Of a DNA stretch of 64,000 bases, positions 38,701 through 47,796 are shown in pieces. Each line of letters opens with the position of its first letter. Position 1 is the first letter of the stretch. The stretch spans positions 186,001-250,000 of IMG/VR virus record IMGVR_UViG_3300027770_000026. One strand, 5' to 3'. A model generated the notes under the pieces. It saw only the letters and a program-made list of their open reading frames with translations, had not been told where the DNA came from and searched no databases. The position numbers and the translations under genes are program-made.

Positions 38701-41700
38701 GAAAATGGTTTTGACTTAATAAGAAATCTATTGGATGAAACTGTTAACGTAGCAACAATCACCAGCGGCATAGTTCCTAACAGTATTGAACCTGATCGCG
38801 ATGCGCAAGCTGCGTATGATGCGCTACAAGCAGCCAAAGCAACAATCATTGACGATACGATTGCAGACATTGCAGGTACGTTCCCGTCATTTGATCAACC
38901 AATTACGGGCGCAACTGCAGCAAGTCCTGTTGTACTAACTATTACAGGTCACGCCTTTGCAGATGGTGACTCCATTAGAATCAACAACATTGAAGGCATG
39001 GTTGAGCTAAACGGCAATCGTTACTACACTAAGAACACTGGCGCAAATACCGTAGAGCTATACTTAGATGCTACATTGCTAACTGCTCTAGACGGTACAG
39101 GATTTACAGCGTACGAGACAGGCGGTTATGCAGATACACAGACTGCAGCGAAATGCCGCAGAGATTTGGGCTACATGATTGACAGTGTTAGCTTTGATTT
39201 GTTGTATAACGCTGACCCAACTAACACTGTTCAGTCTAACAGACAAGCAGTACAATCAGGCGTTTACTATTGGAATCACTCAACTACTGTAAGCATAGTA
39301 CCTGGCGAAAAACCAATTGTAACAGCAGCATACGATTACATCAAGACATTGTCGTCGTACATTGTTGAAGGACGCGAGGTTCCAACAGTATACGGTACAG
39401 TGCCACAAGTGATGCCAGAGGGGCCAATGGCAATTGGTACAACACAAGACGTTAACAAGATTACTGACAAGCTTGACCTGATGATTAACATTATCAATGC
39501 AGGCCCAAGTGTTGCACCAAATCCAGAACCAATTAGCCTAGCACGTATCGGTTCATTTAATTACAACCGCACCAAGTGCTCACGTGACTTAGGACTGATC
39601 GTAGACGCCATTGCACAGGACATTAAATTCCCAGGCACCAGCGGCGACAGTCAAACAGTGTTTGCTGGCCTGCAATACTGGACACAGAACGACGGGTATA
39701 GTATCTCAAACATTGCACCAAGTGCAGAAGTTGCAGCAACAGTTGGTGCACTAGTGCAGTTGAAAGCGCAAATCACTGCAGTTGCTGCAGCTACATCTGC
39801 TACAACAGATGAACTAATTGATCTTATCATAAACATTATCAATAGAATTATCGATCCAGCTGATGTTACCGATTTGATTATACCAAACGATGCGATCGCT
39901 AACACCGGAGCAATAGCTACAGCCTACGCAGCAATACAATCGGCCAAGACAACAATTCGCGCCAACATAGTTACTTGGGTTAACACTAACTATCCAGCAT
40001 TAGTATATAACTCTACAACTTGTAGTCGAGACGTTGGTTTTATAATTGACAGCGTATGCTATGACTTGTTGTATAACGGCAACCGTCAGGCAATTCAAAG
40101 CGGTATCTACTATCTAGGCTTCTCGTCAACTGATAGTGCAGTGGCAGGTGAAATACCACAGGTAACTGCCGCTTACACCTATCTAAAGAGCATACTGCCT
40201 TCTATCATTGAAGGGACACCATTGGCTACAACATATCAAACAGACGTAGCACAAGTTACATCGGGTAGCAGCGGTACACCAACACAGTCTACACTTGCAG
40301 CCGACGCAGTAGATATCATACTAGACATTATTAATAATGGTCCTGGTACATACCTTGACGCTGGCACACGTACTCCAATTGGTCTAGTTGCCGCTGGCGG
40401 TAATGCTAATAACACTTATACACGGTTGCAAGCTAATAGAGACTTTATCCGTGCAGAAGTAATTGCTTACATTGATACTACAGTTGTAACGTACGATCAT
40501 CTCAAGTGCTCACGCGACCTTGGGTTGATCGTTGACGCACTAGCACAAGACTTGAAGTTCCCAGGACTAGACGGCAACAGCCAAAGCATGTTTGCTGGCT
40601 TGCAGTACTGGACTCAAGCAGATGGTTATAGTGTTCCTGATGGATCTCCTAGCGAGAAGGCCGCTACACTTGATGCACTAGCATATCTCAAGTCGCAGGT
40701 TGCAGGATTGGCTGGTGTAACAATTGATTCAACTACAAATGCACTATTTGACACTATCATCGATATACTAGATGGTACAACACCTCCGGCTAGCGTAACT
40801 GATCTGATTGTACCAAACGGAACAACAGCAAGTGTTGTTACTGCAGTAACTGATGCATATGCTGCAATTCAAACAGCAAAAGCAACACTACCTGCTGCTA
40901 CAGTTGCATACATACAAGGACTACCTGCGTACTCGGGTCTAGTATTTGATACAGGATTGTGCGAGCGCGACGTTGGTTACATATTAGACAGTATTTCATA
41001 TGACGTACTGTATGGCGGTAATCGTCAGGCAATACAAAGCGGTATCTACTATCTAAACTTCTCAAGTACAGTGACTGCAATTCCAAACGAAGTACCGCAG
41101 GTAACTGCTGCGTATGAATACTTGAAGTCAATTATCCCATCTATTGTTACAGGTACACCGGTTGCAACACTATATCAAACAGAAGTTGCACAGGTAATCT
41201 CAGGTAGCAGTGGTGCAGGTGCAGCAGCATCCGTACAGGCAAATGTTGATTTGATATTGGATATCATTATCAACGGACCAAACGCTTATATTACTCCAGG
41301 TACAAGAACACCAATTGGACTAGTAGCAGAAACAAACGCAACTATACTGAATGCCTATAACAAGTTGGTAGCAAATCGTAGTTTCTTACGTGCAGAAATC
41401 ATTGCGTATATTGACTATGTACTACAGCAGAAGTATCAAACAACAGCTAACGCTGCATATCTACTAAACGCTAACCGTGCGTTCATTGTATCAGAGCTAA
41501 TTGGATTTACGGACGAAAACTACGCAATACAGCACCCATACTCGAGCGGAGATACTATTTCTATTCGTCAGGTTGTTGGTATGACAGAAGTCAATAACGG
41601 TTATATACATCAGATCACCAATGCAACCAACACCAACCCAGTTAGACTAACATTTAATAAGGGTCATGCCTTTGGAGATACTACTTCGATGAGACTATCT

Positions 41701-43545
41701 GCTGTAGGCGGAATGAACGAAGTTAATGGCAATCGTTACTATGCACGTTTCTTTAATACTACAGAAGTTGAACTGTTCAATGACGTTAAACTAACAGATC
41801 CTGTTGATGGAACACTGTTTGGTTCATACACCAGCGGCGGCCAGGCAGAAACAGACAGCTTCTATTATGTACGAAAGATAGATGGCGACAGCATTGATCT
41901 GTATCTTGATCGTGCGCTAACACAACCAGTTGATGCAACTAACTGGGGTTCGTATATTACCGGTGGTATTGCTGGAACTGGCGCATTACCAGTAAGCCCA
42001 TACGTACACAACTGCTCCAGTATCACTACAACTGGCACAGGTATGCGTGTTGACGGTAACTTGAGTACTGGATTGAAGTCTATGGTCCTCGACTCGTTTA
42101 CCCAAATTAACGAAGGTGGTAACGGGATTGAAATCATCAACCGCGGTTACGCACAGCTCGTATCCATTTACACCATTTGTACTGACATTGGTATTTTGTG
42201 TAAGGGCGGCGGCTTCTGTTCCGTTGCTAACAGTGACAGCAGCTTTGGTACATACGCACTAGTTGCGGATGGATTAAGTGAAGTATTGTATTCGGGTGTA
42301 ACAGACGGCGACTTGCAAACAGGCAAGGCTATCAACCTTAAGGGGCTAACGCACCGTCCAAACTATGGCGATGCGATGGACGTCACTAGTGAATTAATTG
42401 TCGCAGACGCATATATCGTAGCAGCTAGTGCAACTATTAACGATCCTGGCACAGGTTATAAGCCGGGCGATTTGATGGAACTCGACGGCATAGTAGGCAC
42501 TTCGCCAAAGTTCCGCGTATCAACAGTTAAGATTGTTAGCGCATCCGTTAATACCTTAGTATCGGGGTCACTTGCAATAGGTGATAGATTTACGTTCTCT
42601 AAGGGATATAGTACATCTGCTGTGCTTGAAGTAGCAACAGTTACGCCATCGGTTACATTTACTATTATCGAAGCTGGCGTTAAGAACACGGGAGTAACAG
42701 CTCTAACAAATATTAGTCCCGATATCTCGTCATCGGCTGCTGTAATAACAGTGGATCTGGTGTACGGAATTGAATCGGTCGGAGTTGCAGCACCATTTTA
42801 TGGCGAACTAATAGAAACTCCATCAAACCCATCTGTTACTATAACATCTACTGGTATTGGCGTAGATGCACTGCTAGACGTAATTTATTCGGTACGCTTG
42901 ACTTTTGACGATCCGCACTACTTTAGGGGCGACGAGCAGATTGTAGCTAGTGGGTTTACGGGTAGTAATAATCAATCGTTGCTAAACGGTAATACGTATT
43001 TTATCAAATTAACTAACAATGCGTACAAAGCAGATCTACACATAGACTCTGCTCTAGCACTGGGAGTTGATACATCACTGTATACTGCATCATATGATGG
43101 TGGTGGCACCGCTACACTACACGACTACTATACCGTAGTAACAGCAACAGAAGGACCAGTTGCAACTGCAGGCACATACGAAGGATTACGTCAAAGTCAG
43201 ATTGGACTAGAAATTGCTGTTAAGCGTCCAATTGTAGATGAATCTGCAGTTGAGTTCCGCCAACGTAGTATTGTATCGTCCTCGGGCCATACATTTGAGT
43301 ACATTGGTTCGGGAAATATACTAAGTACAGCAACACCAGAAGCGGGTGCTTATCCAATTGCAGCCAACGAAGTAGTTGAGCTGCGTGGAGGTAAAGCATA
43401 CTTTACTGGAACTAACGAACAAGGCGACTTTAAAATCGGTACTGAACTGGTAATTAATCGCGATACTGGTACAATCTCTGGTAGAACATTTAACAAGAGC
43501 TTGTTCGCAGTACTAACGCCATACATATTGGCACTCGAGGGATAA
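35728..43545 (+). CDS. Giant virion fibre protein: Mtd-N-like anchor, split beta-helix, ten tandem phycobiliprotein-like CxRD repeats, small beta-barrel repeats
   Basis: N-term IQMKRSATPGKVP..L.LGE.GINTYDG; FYVSKSGNDANDG and IFVKSGDYTE..PI.IPAGVSIVGDSLR beta-helix; CxRD repeats at Cys277-Cys1745; C-term SSSGHTFEYIGSG...FTGTNEQGDFKIG. Confidence 0.75.
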   Translation: MATFNLIQMKRSATPGKVPTTQDLSLGEFGINTYDGKVFIKKDDGTPSIVEVGVRGATAVQNVFYVSKSGNDANDGKSLDKSKLTIKSAVAATRALVATATATVANGSITALYVTNPGAGYELPLIPTVTIFGDGTGARAVPIISSGSVIGFTILDRGIDYTYADVYITPAGAGRTGAGSTIFVKSGDYTEDNPIYIPAGVSIVGDSLRSVTIRPQNTTLDLFWVNNKSYFTEMTFRDHKAPAAIIAFPSVDITGIENTNPARVTFSGVFIYDRVKCSRDVGLIVDALAQDIKFPGLDGTSQSMFAGLQYWTQSGYSIPNVYPTSEVTATLGALAQLKLEIAALLGPVMTITTDSLVDVIINILNGTTNPATVTDLIVPNGTTAITATDVVNAYADIQAAKTTIIDNIINWINTVGAPGITYDEALCRRDLGYIIDSVCYDLLYGGNRQVIQNGIYYLGFSETDTAIPGEIPQVTAAYNYLKSIVPLVIEGTAIASPRQTKVVQVTTGSNGTVTQSNLATSNIDMILDIINTGPAAYVTAGTRTPIGLVAASGNATNAYNKLIANRDFLRAEVIAYIDQETISFDRAKCYRDLGLIVDSIATDVTFTDRTQTTFAGIQYWSQAALASSSEINPGEIAATINAYTYLKAIALDIIQDISTHVLYTPVSYPRVTAASIPTSAVTDPTVISAISDNFDLLLDILTDGNTNNVTERIISSGLIIAGNTTQQYHAALLLNANTDFFKEQVTLRIANQFPLLVYNTATCERDVQYVTSCISRDNLFGGNRQTVQAAVYYYSYLAASTVPTEIQQIEKAYKYIKILASYIIRGLPMPYVYQTGELQDFVTASGVGTLTQVTVAQNLVDYMLGIINDKTTADAPGYAGISEFSTTYRRAGEQLLANKEFIKAEVVAYLEGYTYNRTTCSRDTGLIVDALVQDLLFDGDSQSTFAAIQYWSQTAERSIPAGEIAATVAAIDFVITQTNALSIRTADKTNIENGFDLIRNLLDETVNVATITSGIVPNSIEPDRDAQAAYDALQAAKATIIDDTIADIAGTFPSFDQPITGATAASPVVLTITGHAFADGDSIRINNIEGMVELNGNRYYTKNTGANTVELYLDATLLTALDGTGFTAYETGGYADTQTAAKCRRDLGYMIDSVSFDLLYNADPTNTVQSNRQAVQSGVYYWNHSTTVSIVPGEKPIVTAAYDYIKTLSSYIVEGREVPTVYGTVPQVMPEGPMAIGTTQDVNKITDKLDLMINIINAGPSVAPNPEPISLARIGSFNYNRTKCSRDLGLIVDAIAQDIKFPGTSGDSQTVFAGLQYWTQNDGYSISNIAPSAEVAATVGALVQLKAQITAVAAATSATTDELIDLIINIINRIIDPADVTDLIIPNDAIANTGAIATAYAAIQSAKTTIRANIVTWVNTNYPALVYNSTTCSRDVGFIIDSVCYDLLYNGNRQAIQSGIYYLGFSSTDSAVAGEIPQVTAAYTYLKSILPSIIEGTPLATTYQTDVAQVTSGSSGTPTQSTLAADAVDIILDIINNGPGTYLDAGTRTPIGLVAAGGNANNTYTRLQANRDFIRAEVIAYIDTTVVTYDHLKCSRDLGLIVDALAQDLKFPGLDGNSQSMFAGLQYWTQADGYSVPDGSPSEKAATLDALAYLKSQVAGLAGVTIDSTTNALFDTIIDILDGTTPPASVTDLIVPNGTTASVVTAVTDAYAAIQTAKATLPAATVAYIQGLPAYSGLVFDTGLCERDVGYILDSISYDVLYGGNRQAIQSGIYYLNFSSTVTAIPNEVPQVTAAYEYLKSIIPSIVTGTPVATLYQTEVAQVISGSSGAGAAASVQANVDLILDIIINGPNAYITPGTRTPIGLVAETNATILNAYNKLVANRSFLRAEIIAYIDYVLQQKYQTTANAAYLLNANRAFIVSELIGFTDENYAIQHPYSSGDTISIRQVVGMTEVNNGYIHQITNATNTNPVRLTFNKGHAFGDTTSMRLSAVGGMNEVNGNRYYARFFNTTEVELFNDVKLTDPVDGTLFGSYTSGGQAETDSFYYVRKIDGDSIDLYLDRALTQPVDATNWGSYITGGIAGTGALPVSPYVHNCSSITTTGTGMRVDGNLSTGLKSMVLDSFTQINEGGNGIEIINRGYAQLVSIYTICTDIGILCKGGGFCSVANSDSSFGTYALVADGLSEVLYSGVTDGDLQTGKAINLKGLTHRPNYGDAMDVTSELIVADAYIVAASATINDPGTGYKPGDLMELDGIVGTSPKFRVSTVKIVSASVNTLVSGSLAIGDRFTFSKGYSTSAVLEVATVTPSVTFTIIEAGVKNTGVTALTNISPDISSSAAVITVDLVYGIESVGVAAPFYGELIETPSNPSVTITSTGIGVDALLDVIYSVRLTFDDPHYFRGDEQIVASGFTGSNNQSLLNGNTYFIKLTNNAYKADLHIDSALALGVDTSLYTASYDGGGTATLHDYYTVVTATEGPVATAGTYEGLRQSQIGLEIAVKRPIVDESAVEFRQRSIVSSSGHTFEYIGSGNILSTATPEAGAYPIAANEVVELRGGKAYFTGTNEQGDFKIGTELVINRDTGTISGRTFNKSLFAVLTPYILALEG
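36541..41520 (+). repeat. Ten ~150-170 aa protein repeats, alternating A/B types
   Basis: Cys codons at 36556, 37006, 37492, 38014, 38485, 39154, 39577, 40021, 40507, 40960. Confidence 0.9.
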
Positions 43546-43548
43546 TAC

Positions 43549-43896
43549 ATGGCTTCCACTATACCTTTAAATACGTTTAAAACTGTTGCTTCTGCAATAA
43601 CTACGGCAGACGTAGACATCTATACTGCACCTGTAGGCATTACTACTATTATATTGATGGCGCAAGTCTCTAATATGAACGTAGGAACCCCGCTTGATAA
43701 ATGGGTAAGTGCTGCTCACAATGATGGCTCCACAATGAGATATTTGGTACGCGAATTTGGAGTCCCACCAAACGACAGTGTAAGTGTATTAACTGGTAAA
43801 TTAGTATTGGAATCAGGACAAAGTATCACTATGTCGGCAGAGGATAACGACTATCTAGAAGTTGTGTTAAGCATACTAGAAACATCAAACGAATAA
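43549..43896 (+). CDS. Small virion protein associated with giant fibre
   Basis: IPLNTFKTV...IYTAPVGITTIILMAQVSN...GKLVLESG...S.LET, typical partner of such fibres. Confidence 0.6.
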   Translation: MASTIPLNTFKTVASAITTADVDIYTAPVGITTIILMAQVSNMNVGTPLDKWVSAAHNDGSTMRYLVREFGVPPNDSVSVLTGKLVLESGQSITMSAEDNDYLEVVLSILETSNE

Positions 43897-43897
43897 T

Positions 43898-46039
43898 ATG
43901 GCCAAATTACTTACAACACTTAGCGGTAGAGTTAAAAAGGTAGCTGCAACGACTGCTGGCTATCCTCTAGCAGCGGACCCAACATGGATCAGTCTAAGAG
44001 AAGCTGAACCAAATTTAGGCGTACCTCCGGGCGTAAGTTATGTTTTGTCCAGTGATATAACTGGAACAAGATTTTGGACTCCAGCGATAGGCGATGTTGG
44101 CCCACAGGGCCCACAAGGCTTTACTGGATCAATAGGGTTTACCGGATCACGTGGACCACAAGGTCCACAAGGATTCACTGGTAGTAAAGGTCCACAAGGA
44201 TTCACTGGTAGTATTGGACCACAGGGTGTAGGATTCACTGGATCTCGCTCTACTGTAGAAGGATTTACTGGATCAATAGGATACACCGGATCTCGCTCTA
44301 CGGTAGAAGGATACACTGGATCAATAGGATTTGTTGGATCACGTGGTCCACAAGGCTTCACTGGTTCAGTTGGATTTGTTGGTAGTACTGGATCAGGTTT
44401 CACTGGATCAATTGGCCCACAAGGCTTTACTGGTTCGATTGGTGCAGGCTTTACTGGCTCGCAGTCAACTACACTTGGTTACACTGGCTCAACAGGCCCA
44501 CAAGGCCCAGTTGGTTTTGTTGGAAGCTTGGGAACTGGTTTTACTGGATCTAGAGGCGCAGGCGCGCAAGGCCCGCAAGGTCCGTTGGGTTTTACTGGAT
44601 CAATTGGTCCAACAGGACCACAAGGTTTTGCTGGATCGGTGGGCGGCACAGGTGGTTCAGGATACACGGGCAGTGCAAGTACAGTATCAGGTCCACAAGG
44701 CTACACTGGTAGTATTGGATATACCGGCAGCATCGGTGTACAAGGTCCACAAGGCTACACCGGTTCACGCGGCGCAGGGGCGCAGGGCCCGCAAGGATTC
44801 AATGGCTCACAAGGTTTTGTTGGCAGTGTTGGTCCACAAGGACCACAAGGACCACAAGGTCCACAAGGACCAATTGGCTATACAGGATCGCGTGGTTTTG
44901 TTGGTTCAGTTGGTGCACAAGGTCCGCAAGGATACACTGGCAGCATTGGCTTTACCGGCTCAGTTGGGGCACAAGGACCACAGGGCTATGTTGGCTCAGC
45001 TGGTAATACAGGCTCACAAGGTGTTGATGGTGCACAAGGTCCACAAGGCTATACAGGTAGCACGGGCGCACAAGGTCCACAAGGATATGTTGGCAGCATT
45101 GGCGCACAAGGTCCACAAGGTCCACAGGGCTACACCGGCTCTAGGGGCGCAACTGGCGCACAAGGTCCACAAGGTCCAACTGGCTTTACCGGATCAGCGA
45201 GCATTGGATTCAGTGGAAGTGGTGTAGTTGGAGCACAAGGTCCACAGGGCTACACTGGTAGCCTTGGCTATGCTGGTAGTGTTGGATCAACAAATCCAAA
45301 TGCTGATTTATTAGATGGGTATGACAGCTCAGAATTTGCTTTACTTGCAAGAGTAGAAAACAAATTCTCAGGCGACCTAAGAGTGTACATTGGTACAAAC
45401 GTTAATAATGGTAGAATATATTTTACCGAGACCCAGCAAACATATCTAGCATATAATAGTTCAGACTGGGTAGTTAAGAGAAATGGCGGTTTACTCGACG
45501 ATACTGTATGGGATTCTGGTAACGATGGTGCGGGTTCGGGCCTAAACGCAGACTTATTAGATAGTTACCAAGGCTCACATGTTCTGTCTCACGTAAATGC
45601 AACTAATACAACAATTACAGGTAGTACATATTATCCTGTAGTAGTAAGCACTAGTGGATCAAATACATTTGCTCGTGTAGACACTACAAACTTTAGCATT
45701 CAAAGTGGTACACTATATGCTACAGACTTTGCTTCTACATCGGATGCAAGACTTAAGGATGTAGTTGGATACCTAGGTAGTTCACTAGATCGTGTTAAGA
45801 GTATTAGTGGTGTAAACTACTACTGGAACGAAGCAGCTAAGAATCAAGGTATACTTGACAAGAAGTTGCAAGTTGGTGTTTTAGCACAAGAAGTGCAAAA
45901 GATACTACCAGAAGCGGTACACGAGCACGATGGTAGACTACATGTAGTGTACGATAAGTTGATTGCACTGTTAATTGAAGCTATAAAGGAACTTGACGCT
46001 AAGATAGAAAACAAAGGCTGCAACTGTAGCTGCAAATAA
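43898..46039 (+). CDS. Collagen-like tail fibre with C-terminal intramolecular chaperone (peptidase S74-like)
   Basis: ~400 aa Gly-X-Y (GPQ/GFT/GSx); NADLLDG motifs; [24 protein letters not shown]...[15 protein letters not shown]. Confidence 0.85.
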   Translation: MAKLLTTLSGRVKKVAATTAGYPLAADPTWISLREAEPNLGVPPGVSYVLSSDITGTRFWTPAIGDVGPQGPQGFTGSIGFTGSRGPQGPQGFTGSKGPQGFTGSIGPQGVGFTGSRSTVEGFTGSIGYTGSRSTVEGYTGSIGFVGSRGPQGFTGSVGFVGSTGSGFTGSIGPQGFTGSIGAGFTGSQSTTLGYTGSTGPQGPVGFVGSLGTGFTGSRGAGAQGPQGPLGFTGSIGPTGPQGFAGSVGGTGGSGYTGSASTVSGPQGYTGSIGYTGSIGVQGPQGYTGSRGAGAQGPQGFNGSQGFVGSVGPQGPQGPQGPQGPIGYTGSRGFVGSVGAQGPQGYTGSIGFTGSVGAQGPQGYVGSAGNTGSQGVDGAQGPQGYTGSTGAQGPQGYVGSIGAQGPQGPQGYTGSRGATGAQGPQGPTGFTGSASIGFSGSGVVGAQGPQGYTGSLGYAGSVGSTNPNADLLDGYDSSEFALLARVENKFSGDLRVYIGTNVNNGRIYFTETQQTYLAYNSSDWVVKRNGGLLDDTVWDSGNDGAGSGLNADLLDSYQGSHVLSHVNATNTTITGSTYYPVVVSTSGSNTFARVDTTNFSIQSGTLYATDFASTSDARLKDVVGYLGSSLDRVKSISGVNYYWNEAAKNQGILDKKLQVGVLAQEVQKILPEAVHEHDGRLHVVYDKLIALLIEAIKELDAKIENKGCNCSCK

Positions 46040-46042
46040 AAT

Positions 46043-46064
46043 AAAGCCCCTTAATTGGGGCTTT
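46043..46064. terminator. Bidirectional terminator between convergent genes
   Basis: AAAGCCCC-TTAATT-GGGGCTTT. Confidence 0.75.
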
Positions 46065-46067
46065 ACT

Positions 46068-46898
46068 TTATCGCTTATTACGTGCTATCGCAGCACCCCA
46101 TTTTTCGTTAAACTCTCGCCATTCTCTTGCACCCATACTGTAGTATGTTGCATCATTGCGGAATATACCACTGATCAGATCATCTACAGCTCGTACTTCA
46201 CCTGCACTGAGTGTTACAGCATTAAATCTGTAATCTTCAAAAGCTTCGCATGCAATCGGCAAGCGGGACTTGACCATATTGTACATAGCAGTAGCATAGT
46301 CGCAAATCTCTTCCTGCGCATGATTATCCATACGCAAGCGAATGTAGTGAAAGAAATTGTGTAGGTCAATCTTCCAATACATTTCGGTATAGTTAGCAAC
46401 AGGTAACACAATACGTGCCAGTTCCCGTGTAGTGTCTACATTGGGATCAATCATGTGTCGATATTCTCTGTGTGCCTTTTCAAACGTTGAGGACATGGCG
46501 TGTTGTACACTTTCCGCTTCAGCTACAGTATAAGTGCCATCTCGCCCTTGCTTGTTGACTAAACTTTGAGGTTTGATTTTATCTAACGGGGGTAAGTAAA
46601 AATCATCGCTCATTACACTGTATCTGCCACTGTACTCGTTCACGCTAGCGGTACGATGACGTAGGTGCTGGCGTGCTATGAAGATTGGCATCTTGAGTGC
46701 AAATTTAAGTTCAACCATCTCAAACGGGGTGGTATGCCAATGGCGCATTAGATAGCGAATCAATCCTCGATCGTCGCTAATACTTTTAGTACCTTTGCCG
46801 TAACTAATACGGGCAGCATCTGCAATATCGTGATCACTGCCCATAAAGTCCATTAGTACAACACGCCCATGCTCGTGAACCTTAATCTCTTCAATCAT
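46068..46898 (-). CDS. thyX: FAD-dependent thymidylate synthase
   Basis: AARISYG, HTTPFEM, RHRTASVNEYSGRYS, ELARIVLP, LRMDNHAQEEI. Confidence 0.95.
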   Translation of the reverse strand: MIEEIKVHEHGRVVLMDFMGSDHDIADAARISYGKGTKSISDDRGLIRYLMRHWHTTPFEMVELKFALKMPIFIARQHLRHRTASVNEYSGRYSVMSDDFYLPPLDKIKPQSLVNKQGRDGTYTVAEAESVQHAMSSTFEKAHREYRHMIDPNVDTTRELARIVLPVANYTEMYWKIDLHNFFHYIRLRMDNHAQEEICDYATAMYNMVKSRLPIACEAFEDYRFNAVTLSAGEVRAVDDLISGIFRNDATYYSMGAREWREFNEKWGAAIARNKR

Positions 46899-47235
46899 CC
46901 TTTGATCCTTTAAGCAAAATTCTAACGTGTTCGGATATGTCGGAATGAAGTTCGTCTAGATCAATAACAAACTCAACAGCAGATATATCACCTATCTCTT
47001 CACAAACTCTCTCAATCAATGATTCAACATGTTCGTCATTATGATTCTTAAGTTCGTATAAATGTATCTTACCATTCTTAGCGTGGAAGCGAATATCATT
47101 TACATATTCTAAAGGAACTTTTTCAATACTAATTTGACTGAGTGTTCGCTTCCACTGCTCTGCTGTTGAGCCTACAAACTTAACCCACCGTTGCAGTCTT
47201 GGGCGGCCTGCCCCGCTTTTTTTGGTCTTTGACAT
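46891..47235 (-). CDS. Conserved phage hypothetical protein
   Basis: Coupled to thyX (8 nt overlap); IEKVPLEYV motif. Confidence 0.6.
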   Translation of the reverse strand: MSKTKKSGAGRPRLQRWVKFVGSTAEQWKRTLSQISIEKVPLEYVNDIRFHAKNGKIHLYELKNHNDEHVESLIERVCEEIGDISAVEFVIDLDELHSDISEHVRILLKGSKDD

Positions 47236-47794
47236 CAGTTACAGTAGTTGTAGTTGCAGTACTTGCTGCAAGTTGACGCAGTCTAGCTGCTTCCCTTTCA
47301 TGGAACTCTGCTTGCATTAGCAATACATTATCGTTGGCAGCAGCTGGTACTACTGGTGTTGATACTATTGCTGCTAGTTCGTCTGAAACTAGATTTCCGT
47401 AGAAAGGCTTTGATAGCATGTCTGCGTCCACTTTTTTCACATCAGTCTTGTTTAGAAGAATCTGATTAACTTCGTTTAGTGGAACAGATGTAGAAACATT
47501 AGGGGTTAGCAACACATTTTTAGTGTTAACTTTCTTAATGAATCCTTTAGAATGCAATACGTTTAGGATGTTATTACCATCACTAAAGAATCTACGACCT
47601 AATAGGTCTGCTAGATCAGCCGATTGCTGTCCTTCGTCGCTTTCAACTAGTTCCATGATTCGATCATGGTATGCTCTCGGAAGGTTTGCAGTTTCAGTAA
47701 CTAGACAGTTGTGTGTCTCGTTTGGTACAGTCTTAAACAGTACTACTACTTTCTGTCCTGAATTCATCTTCCCTACGTGTTTAACATTAGCCAT
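47180..47794 (-). CDS. Conserved phage hypothetical protein with C-terminal AT-hook-like KKRGRPPK
   Basis: MANVKHVGKMN.GQKVVVLFKTVP...CLV...LP..YHD.IM.LVES.EGQQ. Confidence 0.65.
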   Translation of the reverse strand: MANVKHVGKMNSGQKVVVLFKTVPNETHNCLVTETANLPRAYHDRIMELVESDEGQQSADLADLLGRRFFSDGNNILNVLHSKGFIKKVNTKNVLLTPNVSTSVPLNEVNQILLNKTDVKKVDADMLSKPFYGNLVSDELAAIVSTPVVPAAANDNVLLMQAEFHEREAARLRQLAASTATTTTVTDVKDQKKRGRPPKTATVG

Positions 47795-47796
47795 AA

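Noticed and set aside
44331-45227. 298 aa alternative-frame ORF (HKVHK repeats) in the collagen gene
   Set aside because: Frame-shifted reading of the GGT CCA CAA repeat; no independent start signals
47213-47223. A_AAA_AAG slippery heptamer in the 47180-47794 gene as a fusion signal
   Set aside because: A -1 shift enters a frame that stops after about 15 codons; the overlapping downstream gene is in the +1 frame
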